Position numbers and translations under genes: made by a program
Notes under the pieces: generated by a model
Told to the model about the DNA's origin: nothing
The model's input: only the letters and a program-made list of their open reading frames with translations
Databases searched by the model: none
Shown here: piece by piece, positions 36,902 to 46,610 of the stretch
How the letters are laid out: each line of letters starts with the position of its first letter
Position numbering within the stretch: the stretch's first letter is position 1
Assembly (NCBI GenBank): GCA_024690825.1
Contig: JAILOK010000027.1
Coordinates: 15,377 to 79,376 of the forward strand
Direction: 5' to 3'
DNA length: 64,000 bases
Source: Lachnospiraceae bacterium
GTDB lineage: Bacteria; Bacillota; Clostridia; Lachnospirales; Lachnospiraceae

Positions 36902-38203
36902 TTATCCCATGGCAGGCTGCGGTGTATCCTCAGAGACTGTATCATCACCGGAGCCCGCAAGTTCATCATGCTTTTTTACAAGATAGTCAACCGTAAGTTT
37001 TGCGGCTTCCCCGGGATTTGACCAGGTTTCGGCGCGGGCCTTGTCACGGCCTGCCGCAAGTGTCTCGTCGTTTACCGTCCTGTCGATCACTTCTTTGATA
37101 TTGTCGAAATCTTCTTCCTTTAACGGGATACCGATCTTGGGCAGGATCCTTAAGGTCCACATATCTTCCTCAAGCCAGGCGGCATCATAGGCCGATTTGT
37201 CAAATTCGATGTCGGCATAGATGAAGGGCCTGTCAAAGATCAGGGCATAATCAAACATGACGCCGGAGAAATCCGTGATCATGATATCGGCGCTCTTTAA
37301 CACATCAAAATTGTCATTATCCCTGTTCCAGTGAAGCTTTTCGCTTTCGGGAAATTTCGCCTGAAGTGAATCCATCATCTCCTTTTCGGATGTAAAGGAT
37401 TGCGGATGAGGGCGGATGATTATATTATATCCTGTTTTGATAAGGGCTTTTATTATCTTCTCGCCGAACCTTTTAAGGATCGCGGTATCGCCCCAGGTAG
37501 GCGCAAGGAGAACTGTCTTTGTGCCGTCTGAAGCATGATCTGACGGTGCTTCGCCTTTTACCGAATCATCATATCTTTTCTTCATGGTATCAAGGTAGGT
37601 GATGCCTGTCATGAAGGTTTCGCGCCTGTTGATGTTTCTTAAGGCCTCGATATCACGGAGCTGCTTTTCCTCATATTCTCCGGAGATCAGCACCGCATCG
37701 TAATGATCGAGTCCGAACATCCTGTAAAAGGTTGTGTCTCCGGGCTGATGAAGGATATGGACATACCAGTTCACATTCTTTGACCTTTTCCACTGAAGCA
37801 CGTCAAGACCCGGAGTCGTGGCCAGCACCACGCCCGCATTCATGATATTGAGTTTTGAAAAGGCCTTGTTGCCCTCCCCGATAAACGATGCCTTAACATG
37901 AGAATACTCCGTCTTCAGGGCAGGATCATCCTCCGACATCGTCCAGTACTCGACATCGATCCCGCGTTTTTCAAATTCATCGCAGACGGGTTTGAAAACA
38001 TTCCAGTATCTTTTGCTGTCGGAAAAGATCACATATGGGATTTTTTCTGTATCGGCTGCCTGCGCCTTGCCTCCCGATAAGACAAATTTCAACTTCAGTT
38101 TGAGCTTCTGAAAAACAAAATACCCGGCAGAAACTGCTCCTATCAGTATGGTAAAGAGCATGCTTCCCGTTCCGGGATCTATGTACAAAAGTATAGGGTT
38201 CAT
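36902..38203 (-). CDS. CDP-glycerol glycerophosphotransferase (TagB/TagF-like) family protein with N-terminal anchor
   Basis: YIDPGTGS N-terminal TM; LLAPTWG, IRPHPQ, DIMITDFSGVMFDYA. Confidence 0.85.
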   Translation of the reverse strand: MNPILLYIDPGTGSMLFTILIGAVSAGYFVFQKLKLKLKFVLSGGKAQAADTEKIPYVIFSDSKRYWNVFKPVCDEFEKRGIDVEYWTMSEDDPALKTEYSHVKASFIGEGNKAFSKLNIMNAGVVLATTPGLDVLQWKRSKNVNWYVHILHQPGDTTFYRMFGLDHYDAVLISGEYEEKQLRDIEALRNINRRETFMTGITYLDTMKKRYDDSVKGEAPSDHASDGTKTVLLAPTWGDTAILKRFGEKIIKALIKTGYNIIIRPHPQSFTSEKEMMDSLQAKFPESEKLHWNRDNDNFDVLKSADIMITDFSGVMFDYALIFDRPFIYADIEFDKSAYDAAWLEEDMWTLRILPKIGIPLKEEDFDNIKEVIDRTVNDETLAAGRDKARAETWSNPGEAAKLTVDYLVKKHDELAGSGDDTVSEDTPQPAMG

Positions 38204-38212
38204 ATGTTCTCC

Positions 38213-38950
38213 TTATTGTATTTGGTTTACATAATTTTCATCAAAGGCTGCCAGTTCTTCGACGCTGTCGATCTCGGTGATCTGGTCATTCTTTACCGGA
38301 TGTATGACGAGTTTAAGCCTGTCAAGATTTTCATTGACCACATCATCCCAGTAGACATCTTCATGTCCGGGCTTTGAATACCTGTCGTCAATGGCATCCG
38401 CAAGGATCACGGAGTCCTCTTCGGTAAAATATGAAATGCCGCACATATTATAGCAGTTATCTCCGACTTTTCCCACCCGGGTGATGAATCCTTTTTCATC
38501 AAGGTCAAATACCCAGTCATCGGAGTGACCCTCTATGAACTTTCCGAAGTAACAGGAATCATTCAGATCCGCAAGAAAGATCGACGGATCTGACACAAAA
38601 AGATCGGCCTCACAGATAAATACACGCTTTCCGCGCAGGATATCCGTGACCGCCTTTATTGACGAGATATTGTTCACTATCTCGTAGTCTTTATTTTTTA
38701 CGAGGGATAAACCCGGATATTTGGATGCAAGATAGGAAAACTGCTCTCCCAGATAACCCGTGACAACATAGATCTCATCTATCCCACGGCCTCTCAGTCC
38801 GTTTATCACGGTCTCTGCCATGGGGATGCCCTTTACCCTGATCAGGGGTTTCGGGGTATTTTCGGTCAGGGGACGCATCCTTGTCCCCATTCCCGCAGCC
38901 ATCAGGACCGCAATTTCCTTATTTTTTATCTGTTCTTCCGCAACGATCAT
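38213..38950 (-). CDS. LicC/PntC-like phosphocholine/phosphonate cytidylyltransferase
   Basis: LMAAGMGTRMRPLTENTPKPL, VVTGYL, NNISS, EADL, ITEIDSVEEL; ATGA overlap with pepM. Confidence 0.88.
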   Translation of the reverse strand: MIVAEEQIKNKEIAVLMAAGMGTRMRPLTENTPKPLIRVKGIPMAETVINGLRGRGIDEIYVVTGYLGEQFSYLASKYPGLSLVKNKDYEIVNNISSIKAVTDILRGKRVFICEADLFVSDPSIFLADLNDSCYFGKFIEGHSDDWVFDLDEKGFITRVGKVGDNCYNMCGISYFTEEDSVILADAIDDRYSKPGHEDVYWDDVVNENLDRLKLVIHPVKNDQITEIDSVEELAAFDENYVNQIQ

Positions 38951-40242
38951 AACTCGTCTATCAGTGTTATTATTTCCTTGAAGGGCATCAGATGCGAATC
39001 CGCTTCCATTGCCCTGTGATTTGTAAGTATCTCTACGGCAGTCTGCTTCATGGCCGGGAATGCCGCCCTCATCAGCTGGTTTGCGTATATAACGATATTT
39101 ACGCCGTGACGGCTCAGTTCTTCTTCCGTTACGCTGTTGAAGGAAGTGGGCACCACAACGATCGGGGTTGTCTTGTCCTTTTCCCTGAACTTATCGCAGA
39201 ATTCAAAGATCTCCGCCGGATCCTTTTTGCGGCTGTGTATCATTATCCCGTCTGCGCCTGCCTCCTTAAAGGCAAAGGCACGCGTCAGGGCATCTTCCAT
39301 GCCGCGTTCCAATATCAGGGATTCGATGCGCGCGATGATCATGAAATCATCCGTAAGCTGCGCCCTCTTTCCTGCGGCTATCTTTGCCGAGAAGTTTTCT
39401 ATGGAATCCTGGGTCTGGACGACCTCGGTACCGAAAAGAGAATTCTTTTTCAGCCCCGTCTTGTCCTCTATGATGACTGCCGAAACACCCATTCTTTCCA
39501 GGGTACGGACATTATATACAAAATGCTCCGTAAGTCCGCCTGTATCACCGTCAAGGATTATGGGCTTTGTGGTCACCTCGAGGATATCGCTGATGGTACG
39601 AAGACGCGAGGTCATATCCACAAGTTCGATGTCAGGCTTTCCCCTGTCGGTGCTGTCGCACAGGGATGAAACCCACATGCCGTCGAACTGGTCGAGCTTC
39701 CCGTCCTTTTCCACTATGGTCTTTTCGGTGATAAGGCCGGTAAGTCCGCTGTGCGCCTCCATGATCTTTACTATGGGACAGATCTCGATGAGCTGTCTTA
39801 AACGCTTCCTTCTGTATTCGGGCATGGCCAGCTTTTCCTTTAACCGCCGGTCGGCCTTGGATACATTTTCATTGTAGGTATAGCCGATCTCTACAAGCTC
39901 TCCGCCGTATTTCTTCAGAGCCTCCAGACAATTCTCCCTCAGCGCCTTCTCCGGCCCGTCCTTCCAGTTATCGCCGTGGATGACTATGTCGGGCTTCAGC
40001 GTACTTATTATGCCGTCATAAGTCATGTCATCCTGAACTACCACCTCGTCGACGCCTTCAAGCGATTTATAGAGCGCTATCCTTTCATCGATCGATATCG
40101 TGGGAAATCTGTTATAGCGTATGAGCGCACTGTCGGACAGCGCCCCGATGGTGACGCTTCCAAGCTTTGCTGCTTCCTTTATTATATTCAGATGACCTTC
40201 ATGAATGATGTCAGTCGTAAAACAGGTGTATACTTTTTTCAA
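38947..40242 (-). CDS. pepM: Phosphoenolpyruvate mutase fused to an N-terminal cytidylyltransferase-like domain
   Basis: TDIIHEGH (HxGH) N-domain; diagnostic EDKTGLKKNS (EDKxxxxxNS); ARIES, DGIMIHS, YANQLMRA. Confidence 0.96.
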   Translation of the reverse strand: MKKVYTCFTTDIIHEGHLNIIKEAAKLGSVTIGALSDSALIRYNRFPTISIDERIALYKSLEGVDEVVVQDDMTYDGIISTLKPDIVIHGDNWKDGPEKALRENCLEALKKYGGELVEIGYTYNENVSKADRRLKEKLAMPEYRRKRLRQLIEICPIVKIMEAHSGLTGLITEKTIVEKDGKLDQFDGMWVSSLCDSTDRGKPDIELVDMTSRLRTISDILEVTTKPIILDGDTGGLTEHFVYNVRTLERMGVSAVIIEDKTGLKKNSLFGTEVVQTQDSIENFSAKIAAGKRAQLTDDFMIIARIESLILERGMEDALTRAFAFKEAGADGIMIHSRKKDPAEIFEFCDKFREKDKTTPIVVVPTSFNSVTEEELSRHGVNIVIYANQLMRAAFPAMKQTAVEILTNHRAMEADSHLMPFKEIITLIDEL

Positions 40243-40267
40243 AACAAAATCTCCTATGGGTGTAAGA

Positions 40268-40330
40268 GTTGTCAGGGGGACGGTTCTGTTGTCAACTTTT
40301 GTGACAGAGGGACGGTTCTGTTGTCATCTC
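40268..40330. repeat. REP-like repeat, locus 5 (two direct half-sites)
   Basis: GTCAGGGGGACGGTTCTGTTGTCAACTTTTGTGACAGAGGGACGGTTCTGTTGTCATC between the AEP transaminase and pepM. Confidence 0.85.
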
Positions 40331-40338
40331 TTACAACT

Positions 40339-41466
40339 TTAATTATATTTCAGCGGTACACTGACGCCCGCATCTTTGAGCGCTTCCTTGAAAACCTTCC
40401 AGAAATCACGGATGTCGCCTTCATCTATTGCTCCAAGAGCGCAGAGCCTGAAGGTTCCCTGTCCCGCTATCTTTCCGGGATAGATGGTAAATCCCCTTTC
40501 ATAGCAGAAGTCATGGACCTTCTCAAAATCCCAGTTCGGATCATCCGGATAGATGAGGGCAGCAACAAGTCCCGACTGGACATCGCGGCTTAAAGCCTCC
40601 TTAAAGCCAAGTTCATCAATGCCCTCCCTTATGGCATTCATGACACGGGTATGTCTCTCCCACTTTGCCTTTTCACCCTCCTCATAATACTCGATCAAAG
40701 CCTGCTTCGCGGCATAGATCGTCTGTACCGGAGGAGTGAAGTGCATCTCGCCGGTCTTTTCAAAATATTCATACTGCATATACAGATTGCAATAATAAGA
40801 GCGTTTAGGGAAATCCTTTGACTTTTCTATGATATCGCGCCTTCCTATGATGTATGAAAGGCCCGTCATGCCCATGATACCCTTCTGCGCCGAAGCCATG
40901 CAGAAATCAATGTTCTCATCATATACATTTATAGGGATCATCGCATAGGCGCTGGTGGTGTCAGTTATAAGAAATGCGCCGTATTTATGTGCCAAGTCGC
41001 CTATCTCCTTAACCGGATTTAAAAGTCCTGTCCCGGTCTCGTGATAGGTGACATATACATATCCTATATCCTTATTTTCTTTCAGTGTTTCTTCTATTTT
41101 CTGAAGATCCGGCTTTTCATCGAGCGGCTGTTTCAATTCAATATGCGGCAGATCATAGTATCTGCACACATCGCAGGCTCTTTCGGAATAAGCTCCGTTG
41201 TTTATGATAAGAGCCTTTTTATCCCTGTCGAGCAGCGAATTCAAGGCAATATCTATGCATATCGTCCCCGAACCGCAGAACAGCACAGCCGTGTATTCCT
41301 TCGTATCCGCATGAACGATGCGTACCAGATCATCTCGCATGGGTGCCATGATACCTGCAAATTCCTTTTCCCTCGGGCAGATATCCGGAACCACCTGGGC
41401 CATCTTGACGGTATCCGTCGTAGTCGACGGACCGGGATTCAGCAGTATATTCCGTTTAATGTCCAT
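40339..41466 (-). CDS. aepZ: 2-aminoethylphosphonate transaminase (AepZ/PhnW family, PLP-dependent)
   Basis: ILLNPGP, YHETGTGLLN, TDTTSAY, SAQKG, FTPPVQ, TIYPGK. Start MDIKR at 41466 after GGAGG. Confidence 0.92.
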   Translation of the reverse strand: MDIKRNILLNPGPSTTTDTVKMAQVVPDICPREKEFAGIMAPMRDDLVRIVHADTKEYTAVLFCGSGTICIDIALNSLLDRDKKALIINNGAYSERACDVCRYYDLPHIELKQPLDEKPDLQKIEETLKENKDIGYVYVTYHETGTGLLNPVKEIGDLAHKYGAFLITDTTSAYAMIPINVYDENIDFCMASAQKGIMGMTGLSYIIGRRDIIEKSKDFPKRSYYCNLYMQYEYFEKTGEMHFTPPVQTIYAAKQALIEYYEEGEKAKWERHTRVMNAIREGIDELGFKEALSRDVQSGLVAALIYPDDPNWDFEKVHDFCYERGFTIYPGKIAGQGTFRLCALGAIDEGDIRDFWKVFKEALKDAGVSVPLKYN

Positions 41467-41522
41467 TTTTTCATATCCTCCTGCACTGCCCATAAGTTTA
41501 CATCAGATACACATGTCATGTC

Positions 41523-41597
41523 AAAAGATGACAGAGGGACGGTTCTGGTGTCAACTTTTGTGTCACCAGAACCGTCCCCCTGTCACCCCTGTCATCT
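41523..41597. repeat. REP-like repeat, locus 6
   Basis: GATGACAGAGGGACGGTTCTGGTG...CACCAGAACCGTCCCCCTGTCA hairpin directly after the htpG stop. Confidence 0.88.
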
Positions 41598-41598
41598 A

Positions 41599-43677
41599 TT
41601 ACATCTTTAAGAGTATGTCGTTGCTCCGCTGTATGAACTTCGTGAGTTCATCCGGCGAAAGCTGTTTGTTTGAAAGGAGAGCCAGATCGTAGAGCTGCTG
41701 CTCTATGAGCTTTGAGGTATCGCTTTCGGGATCCTCCATGATCTTCTGGACCAGGGGATGGCCCGCGTTCAGGATGAGCGTTTCTCCCTCTGCATCCTTG
41801 AACATATCTCCCATATCATTTCCCATGGAATACATCTTCATCATATCCTGCATCCTGCGGGATTCCTCGGAGAAGGTTATCATAGATGCAACCTTTTTGT
41901 TCTTAAGCTTGTCAAGCTTTACGACTAGCTTGTCTTTCTTGAGTGTCTTGCGCAGCTTCTTTTCAAGCTTTTCTGATTTTTCCTTAAACTCCTCTATCTC
42001 CTTCTTTGAGGTCTTTGAACGCATGGTATCCTCAACTTCGGAATCGATGCGCAGGAACCTCACTCCCTCATTCTTTGATTCGAGCTGCTGGATAAAGGGC
42101 TGGTCTATATTGTGCGTAAGCACCACAGCTGTCATCTTTGCGGATTTAAACATGTTGATGTACTGGCTCTGCTGCACGGGATCCGTCACATAGTAGACCT
42201 TCTTTTCCTTCTTTTCTTCCTCTACAGGCTCGCCGTTTTCATCGACGACCTCGCCCTCAACCTTCTCGGGAGCATCAACGCTGCCCTCTCCGGACTTGGA
42301 TTCGTCCTTGTTTTCCGTATCAACGGCTGCCGAAGCGTCCTTATTCTCCTCATCCTCATCGTCTCCCGTATCTATGGGCTTCACCTCGAGGCACTCGGGC
42401 AGTGTCGTGAACTTGTCGTAGATATCCTTGAAGAGGATATAATCATTGATCTTTTCGGCAAACTTATCGTTTCTTAAAACACCGTATTTAACGAAGGGTG
42501 AGATGTCATCCCAGTATTTCTCGTAGTTCTCCCTGTCGGTCTTGCAAAGGCCGGAGAGCTTTTCGGCGACCTTCTTTGTGATATAATCAGAGATCTTGTT
42601 CACGAAGCCGTCATTCTGCAGCGCACTCCTTGAAACATTGAGCGGCAGGTCCGGACAGTCGATGACACCCTTTAAGAGCATCAGGAATTCCGGTATAACC
42701 TCCTTGATATTGTCCGCAATAAAGACCTGATTGTTATAGAGCTTGATCACACCCTCGATGGATTCGTACTCGATGTTGATCTTCGGGAAATAAAGGATTC
42801 CCTTGAGGTTGAAGGGATAGTCCATGTTCAGATGGATCCAGAATAAGGGCTCCCTGTAATCCCTGAACACCTTGCGGTAAAACTCCTTGTACTCCTCATC
42901 TGTGCAATCCTTCGGAGTCTTTGCCCAGAGCGGATGGATATCGTTGATGGGCTTGGGCGCCTCAGGCGGGATCTCATTTCCGTCCTTGTCCTTTTTGGGC
43001 TCTTCCGGAGCCTTGTTCACATTTTTAAGATAGATCTCCGTCGGCATGAAGGAGCAGTATTTCTCCAGCACCTCGTGCACGGTGTATTCGTTGCAGTACT
43101 TGAGACAGTCGTCATTCATGTGAAGGGTGATCTTCGTTCCGACCTTTGTGCGGTCTCCGTCCTTCATCTCAAAATCAGTGCCTGCGCCCTCGCACTCCCA
43201 GTGAACGGCCGCAGCGTCCTTCTTATATGAAAGGGTATCGATCGTAACCCTGTCCGCAACCATGAATGCGGAATAAAAGCCCAGACCGAAATGCCCTATG
43301 ATCTGGTCAGCATCCGACTTGTCCTTGTATTTTTCAATAAAATCGGTAGCACCGGAAAAGGCGATCTGATTAATGTATTCGTCAACCTCGTCCATGGTCA
43401 TGCCGAGACCGTTATCGATGAAGGTGAGCGTCTTGTTCCTGTCATCACACTCCACATCGATGCGTCCTTTGAGCATCGCTCCTTCAGACCCGTCGGTCTC
43501 CTCTGCAGGAGCCTCATATTCTCCCATCATTTCCAGCTTTTTTAATTTCGTAATAGCGTCACATCCGTTGGATATCAGCTCTCTGATGAAGATATCCTGA
43601 TCGGAGTACATCCATTTTTTTATTATAGGGAAGATATTCTCACTCGATATCGAAAGCGATCCCTTTTTTTCAGCCAT
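41599..43677 (-). CDS. htpG: Hsp90 chaperone HtpG
   Basis: IFIRELISNGCDA, IDNGLGMT, IGHFGLGFYSAFMVA, KLYNNQVF, LPLNVSRSALQ. Start MAEKK at 43677. Confidence 0.96.
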   Translation of the reverse strand: MAEKKGSLSISSENIFPIIKKWMYSDQDIFIRELISNGCDAITKLKKLEMMGEYEAPAEETDGSEGAMLKGRIDVECDDRNKTLTFIDNGLGMTMDEVDEYINQIAFSGATDFIEKYKDKSDADQIIGHFGLGFYSAFMVADRVTIDTLSYKKDAAAVHWECEGAGTDFEMKDGDRTKVGTKITLHMNDDCLKYCNEYTVHEVLEKYCSFMPTEIYLKNVNKAPEEPKKDKDGNEIPPEAPKPINDIHPLWAKTPKDCTDEEYKEFYRKVFRDYREPLFWIHLNMDYPFNLKGILYFPKINIEYESIEGVIKLYNNQVFIADNIKEVIPEFLMLLKGVIDCPDLPLNVSRSALQNDGFVNKISDYITKKVAEKLSGLCKTDRENYEKYWDDISPFVKYGVLRNDKFAEKINDYILFKDIYDKFTTLPECLEVKPIDTGDDEDEENKDASAAVDTENKDESKSGEGSVDAPEKVEGEVVDENGEPVEEEKKEKKVYYVTDPVQQSQYINMFKSAKMTAVVLTHNIDQPFIQQLESKNEGVRFLRIDSEVEDTMRSKTSKKEIEEFKEKSEKLEKKLRKTLKKDKLVVKLDKLKNKKVASMITFSEESRRMQDMMKMYSMGNDMGDMFKDAEGETLILNAGHPLVQKIMEDPESDTSKLIEQQLYDLALLSNKQLSPDELTKFIQRSNDILLKM

Positions 43678-43740
43678 AATAAAAACACTTCCTTTCTTAA
43701 AACTCTGCATTTTTGCGGATCTTCATACCCGCCACTACCG

Positions 43741-43803
43741 ATTTTAAGACCGGCAAAGACAAAAGTCAATAAAAAATTAGCACTCAATAAAATTGAGTGC
43801 TAA
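43741..43803 (-). promoter_or_regulatory. htpG sigmaA promoter and CIRCE (HrcA operator)
   Basis: Perfect TTAGCACTC-N9-GAGTGCTAA at 43777-43803; TTGACT(43769-64)-N17-TAAAAT(43746-41). Confidence 0.92.
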
Positions 43804-43837
43804 TAAAAACCGTATCATCCTTTGTCTTTATAACATT

Positions 43838-46585
43838 TCAGGCCATGCTGAAAAACGACCTCATCTCCAGACATCCTTCCGGCGCCTTTCTGAGCCACAG
43901 ATGATCATAGACCGTTTCGCCGTCTGCGTTTCTTTCAAGGTAATACATCATCCTGTCGATCCTCTTTACCGTCTTCCTTTCCGATTTCGGATCCGCATCA
44001 TAGTTTTCCTCAAGGTAAAGGCTGGTGCAGACAAGATAATCGTCGTCTTCGTCATACATAAGTGTCTGTGTTTCAAGCCTGAGCCTTGTATGCGGTACTT
44101 CCTCATACCGATAATAAAACACGGGCGTATCTCCATCCTCGTCCACATGATCAAGCGGATGGTCGAAATAATAATCCTTTACATGCACCATATCGAGCCA
44201 CTCTGCTTTCTCATCCGTCGAAAACAGATCGTCAACCGCCACTTCAAAGAACAGCCGGTCTTTTGGATACTCTCTGATGATATCCCCGCTCGTATCAATT
44301 TCAAGGATCTTATCGGGATCATATGAAATATCTTTTTCTCCGCGCTCGATCTGAGCACCGATCCTCTTTATGGATTCCGGAGAATAATATGCTTCAAGCC
44401 TTCGCTTCAGCGGGAGATAATAAATGTTGCAGTTTTCATCCAGGATATCGATCATGTTATCGATCAGAAACATTTCAGTTACATTTATAATTTTTTCGGT
44501 GACCTTATTTTTTTTCTTATTTTTGTACTTATTCCTGTCCTGATTTTCGCCCTCACCTTCATCTTTAATCATATACCGCTCCCTGAAAAATGCGGCTGCC
44601 CTTGCAGGATCTTCATTCAGATAATCAACAAATTCGTCGGTTACGCCACCCCTGCACATGAAGATCTTTTCAAGACGCTCTCTTTCGGTTTCAAGAGCAT
44701 ATAAATATCTTCTTTCCGTCAATGTGAATTCATTCGCTCTCTTTCTTGTCAGCGCCTTCGGCTCATCCGTATATAACATGCCGATAGAATCAAGATAAGA
44801 TGCCATGTTCTTGACTACCTGAATATAGGATAACTGCTCCGCAAGCGACGGTACCGGCGAAAAATCCGAAAAGACACTTTCACCTGATGCCTTTATTCCA
44901 TGAGTCCCGGCATACAATTCAACAGCCAGTTCATATATATTTATCAGTCTGATGCTTGAAAGATTATCCTCCCTGAATTTTGTATCGGGCTCCATTTTGC
45001 AGCCAACTTTTAATCCCGATGAACCGTCATGCGTCAGATCGGTAAGATCCAGGATCTCTTCGATATCCTTGTAAAATTTACAGGTCAGGGCTTCTTCGGA
45101 TCCGGGTTTTATCTCCCATGTATCCGGATTTCCTTCGATAAACCTGTCTTTCTCCTGAAAATAGCTGCCTTTTTTATCGCGCATAAACTTTTTATAGGTA
45201 CCGGCAACCACCTTAAAGATCTCTCCGTTTTGAAACTCTATGGCATTTTTGTCGGTCTCAAAAAGATATACGGCCGTGATCTTTTCATCTTCAAACCCGA
45301 AAACACAGTCCATGGCATGAAGCTGCTGTTTTGACTCTTTTCCGTAAGAAGTCCTGTCCCAGCACTGAAGCTCATCACAGAGCATGAGAAGATATGCGAG
45401 CGGATGCTCCTCCATCTTTAAGGGGGTCTCTTTTTCGTCTATCTCTCTTAAGGAGAACTTAAACATGCTGTTATGAAGCACGATCGCAGTCATACTGTCC
45501 ATCCAGCCGTAAAACTGCTGTTTATCATATTCGTTCTCTGCTACCCTGCCGAGGATCGTATCCGTACCGAATATCTCTATCAGTTTTCTGAAGATCAAAA
45601 CACCGCTGAAAACGGCATGATCCATATAGTAATCAAAACTTTCCGGCTCGGCGGGCTTGGTCAGCAGTATATCCCTGATATATTTTTTGGGATAATGTCT
45701 CTGCTTCATTCTCCTGTAAATATGGCAGGCCAGCACATCCGCTGCAGTCAGCGAACCGATGTCTTTGATCTTCTCATTCTCCAGAAGGTTTTTTACCTGT
45801 TCCAGGCAGGTATTTTCATCAGCTCCTGAGGCTCCCAGGATTATCTCCAGATCAAACAGTTCATCCATCTGCTGATACGAAATATAGGGACTTTTTTTGA
45901 CCACCTCTCCACGCACGCGATCAGGCTTGTCATAGGTAAAATATGTTTTTATCTGTTCAAAGGGTATCTCGAAGGGATAGCCTATGTCATGAAACAGTGA
46001 TGTCACTCCCCAGAACTGCAGGAAATTCAGCGCCGCCTCATCATCGGCAACAGCGCTTTTCCCGTAATAAGTATTCCTGTATACCTCGCGATACTTAGCG
46101 TTATTGTTATATATTGCAAGTCCGATAATAAAAACATACACCGAGTGGGAATAGTGGTCTCGATGGCTCATAACAAGAGAGCTTGCCGAATTCTCATAGT
46201 TTGAAAGCATCTCAATCAGTTTCTTTGCTCTTCCGTAATCACTGACCGAAATGATATTTATCAGGGCATAGTAGACATCAAAGGCATCCTCGCGGCTGCC
46301 GGTCTCCATGAATCCGTGGACCGCATTATAAAGACAGAGGAGGTTTTCATTCTTAAAATATTTCTGACCCTCTTCGGATTTCGTGCTGTATATAGACTTG
46401 CAGTCATCGAGAATAAAGGTCAGAGCGCTTTTTTCAAGCTCGGAAACGCCCTCAAAAGAATCCCTGTGCATTTTATGATCATGGATCCTTCTTGTGATCC
46501 TGTCGGGAGAACATGAAAATAAAAACTCATCAAGCACATCTTTACGTATTTCTTTGTCTTTTTCATCTTTCGAGATCAATCCCAT
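43838..46585 (-). CDS. Large HD-domain protein (915 aa) with possible degenerate RyR-like segment and unknown acidic C-terminus
   Basis: HRDHYSHSVYV, SLFHDIGYP, MDHAVFSG, AIVLHN and LLMLCDELQCWDR metal-ligand motifs. Start MGLISK at 46585 after GGAGG. Confidence 0.75.
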   Translation of the reverse strand: MGLISKDEKDKEIRKDVLDEFLFSCSPDRITRRIHDHKMHRDSFEGVSELEKSALTFILDDCKSIYSTKSEEGQKYFKNENLLCLYNAVHGFMETGSREDAFDVYYALINIISVSDYGRAKKLIEMLSNYENSASSLVMSHRDHYSHSVYVFIIGLAIYNNNAKYREVYRNTYYGKSAVADDEAALNFLQFWGVTSLFHDIGYPFEIPFEQIKTYFTYDKPDRVRGEVVKKSPYISYQQMDELFDLEIILGASGADENTCLEQVKNLLENEKIKDIGSLTAADVLACHIYRRMKQRHYPKKYIRDILLTKPAEPESFDYYMDHAVFSGVLIFRKLIEIFGTDTILGRVAENEYDKQQFYGWMDSMTAIVLHNSMFKFSLREIDEKETPLKMEEHPLAYLLMLCDELQCWDRTSYGKESKQQLHAMDCVFGFEDEKITAVYLFETDKNAIEFQNGEIFKVVAGTYKKFMRDKKGSYFQEKDRFIEGNPDTWEIKPGSEEALTCKFYKDIEEILDLTDLTHDGSSGLKVGCKMEPDTKFREDNLSSIRLINIYELAVELYAGTHGIKASGESVFSDFSPVPSLAEQLSYIQVVKNMASYLDSIGMLYTDEPKALTRKRANEFTLTERRYLYALETERERLEKIFMCRGGVTDEFVDYLNEDPARAAAFFRERYMIKDEGEGENQDRNKYKNKKKNKVTEKIINVTEMFLIDNMIDILDENCNIYYLPLKRRLEAYYSPESIKRIGAQIERGEKDISYDPDKILEIDTSGDIIREYPKDRLFFEVAVDDLFSTDEKAEWLDMVHVKDYYFDHPLDHVDEDGDTPVFYYRYEEVPHTRLRLETQTLMYDEDDDYLVCTSLYLEENYDADPKSERKTVKRIDRMMYYLERNADGETVYDHLWLRKAPEGCLEMRSFFSMA

Positions 46586-46610
46586 ATTTTTGTATCCTCC
46601 GTTAAAATTT

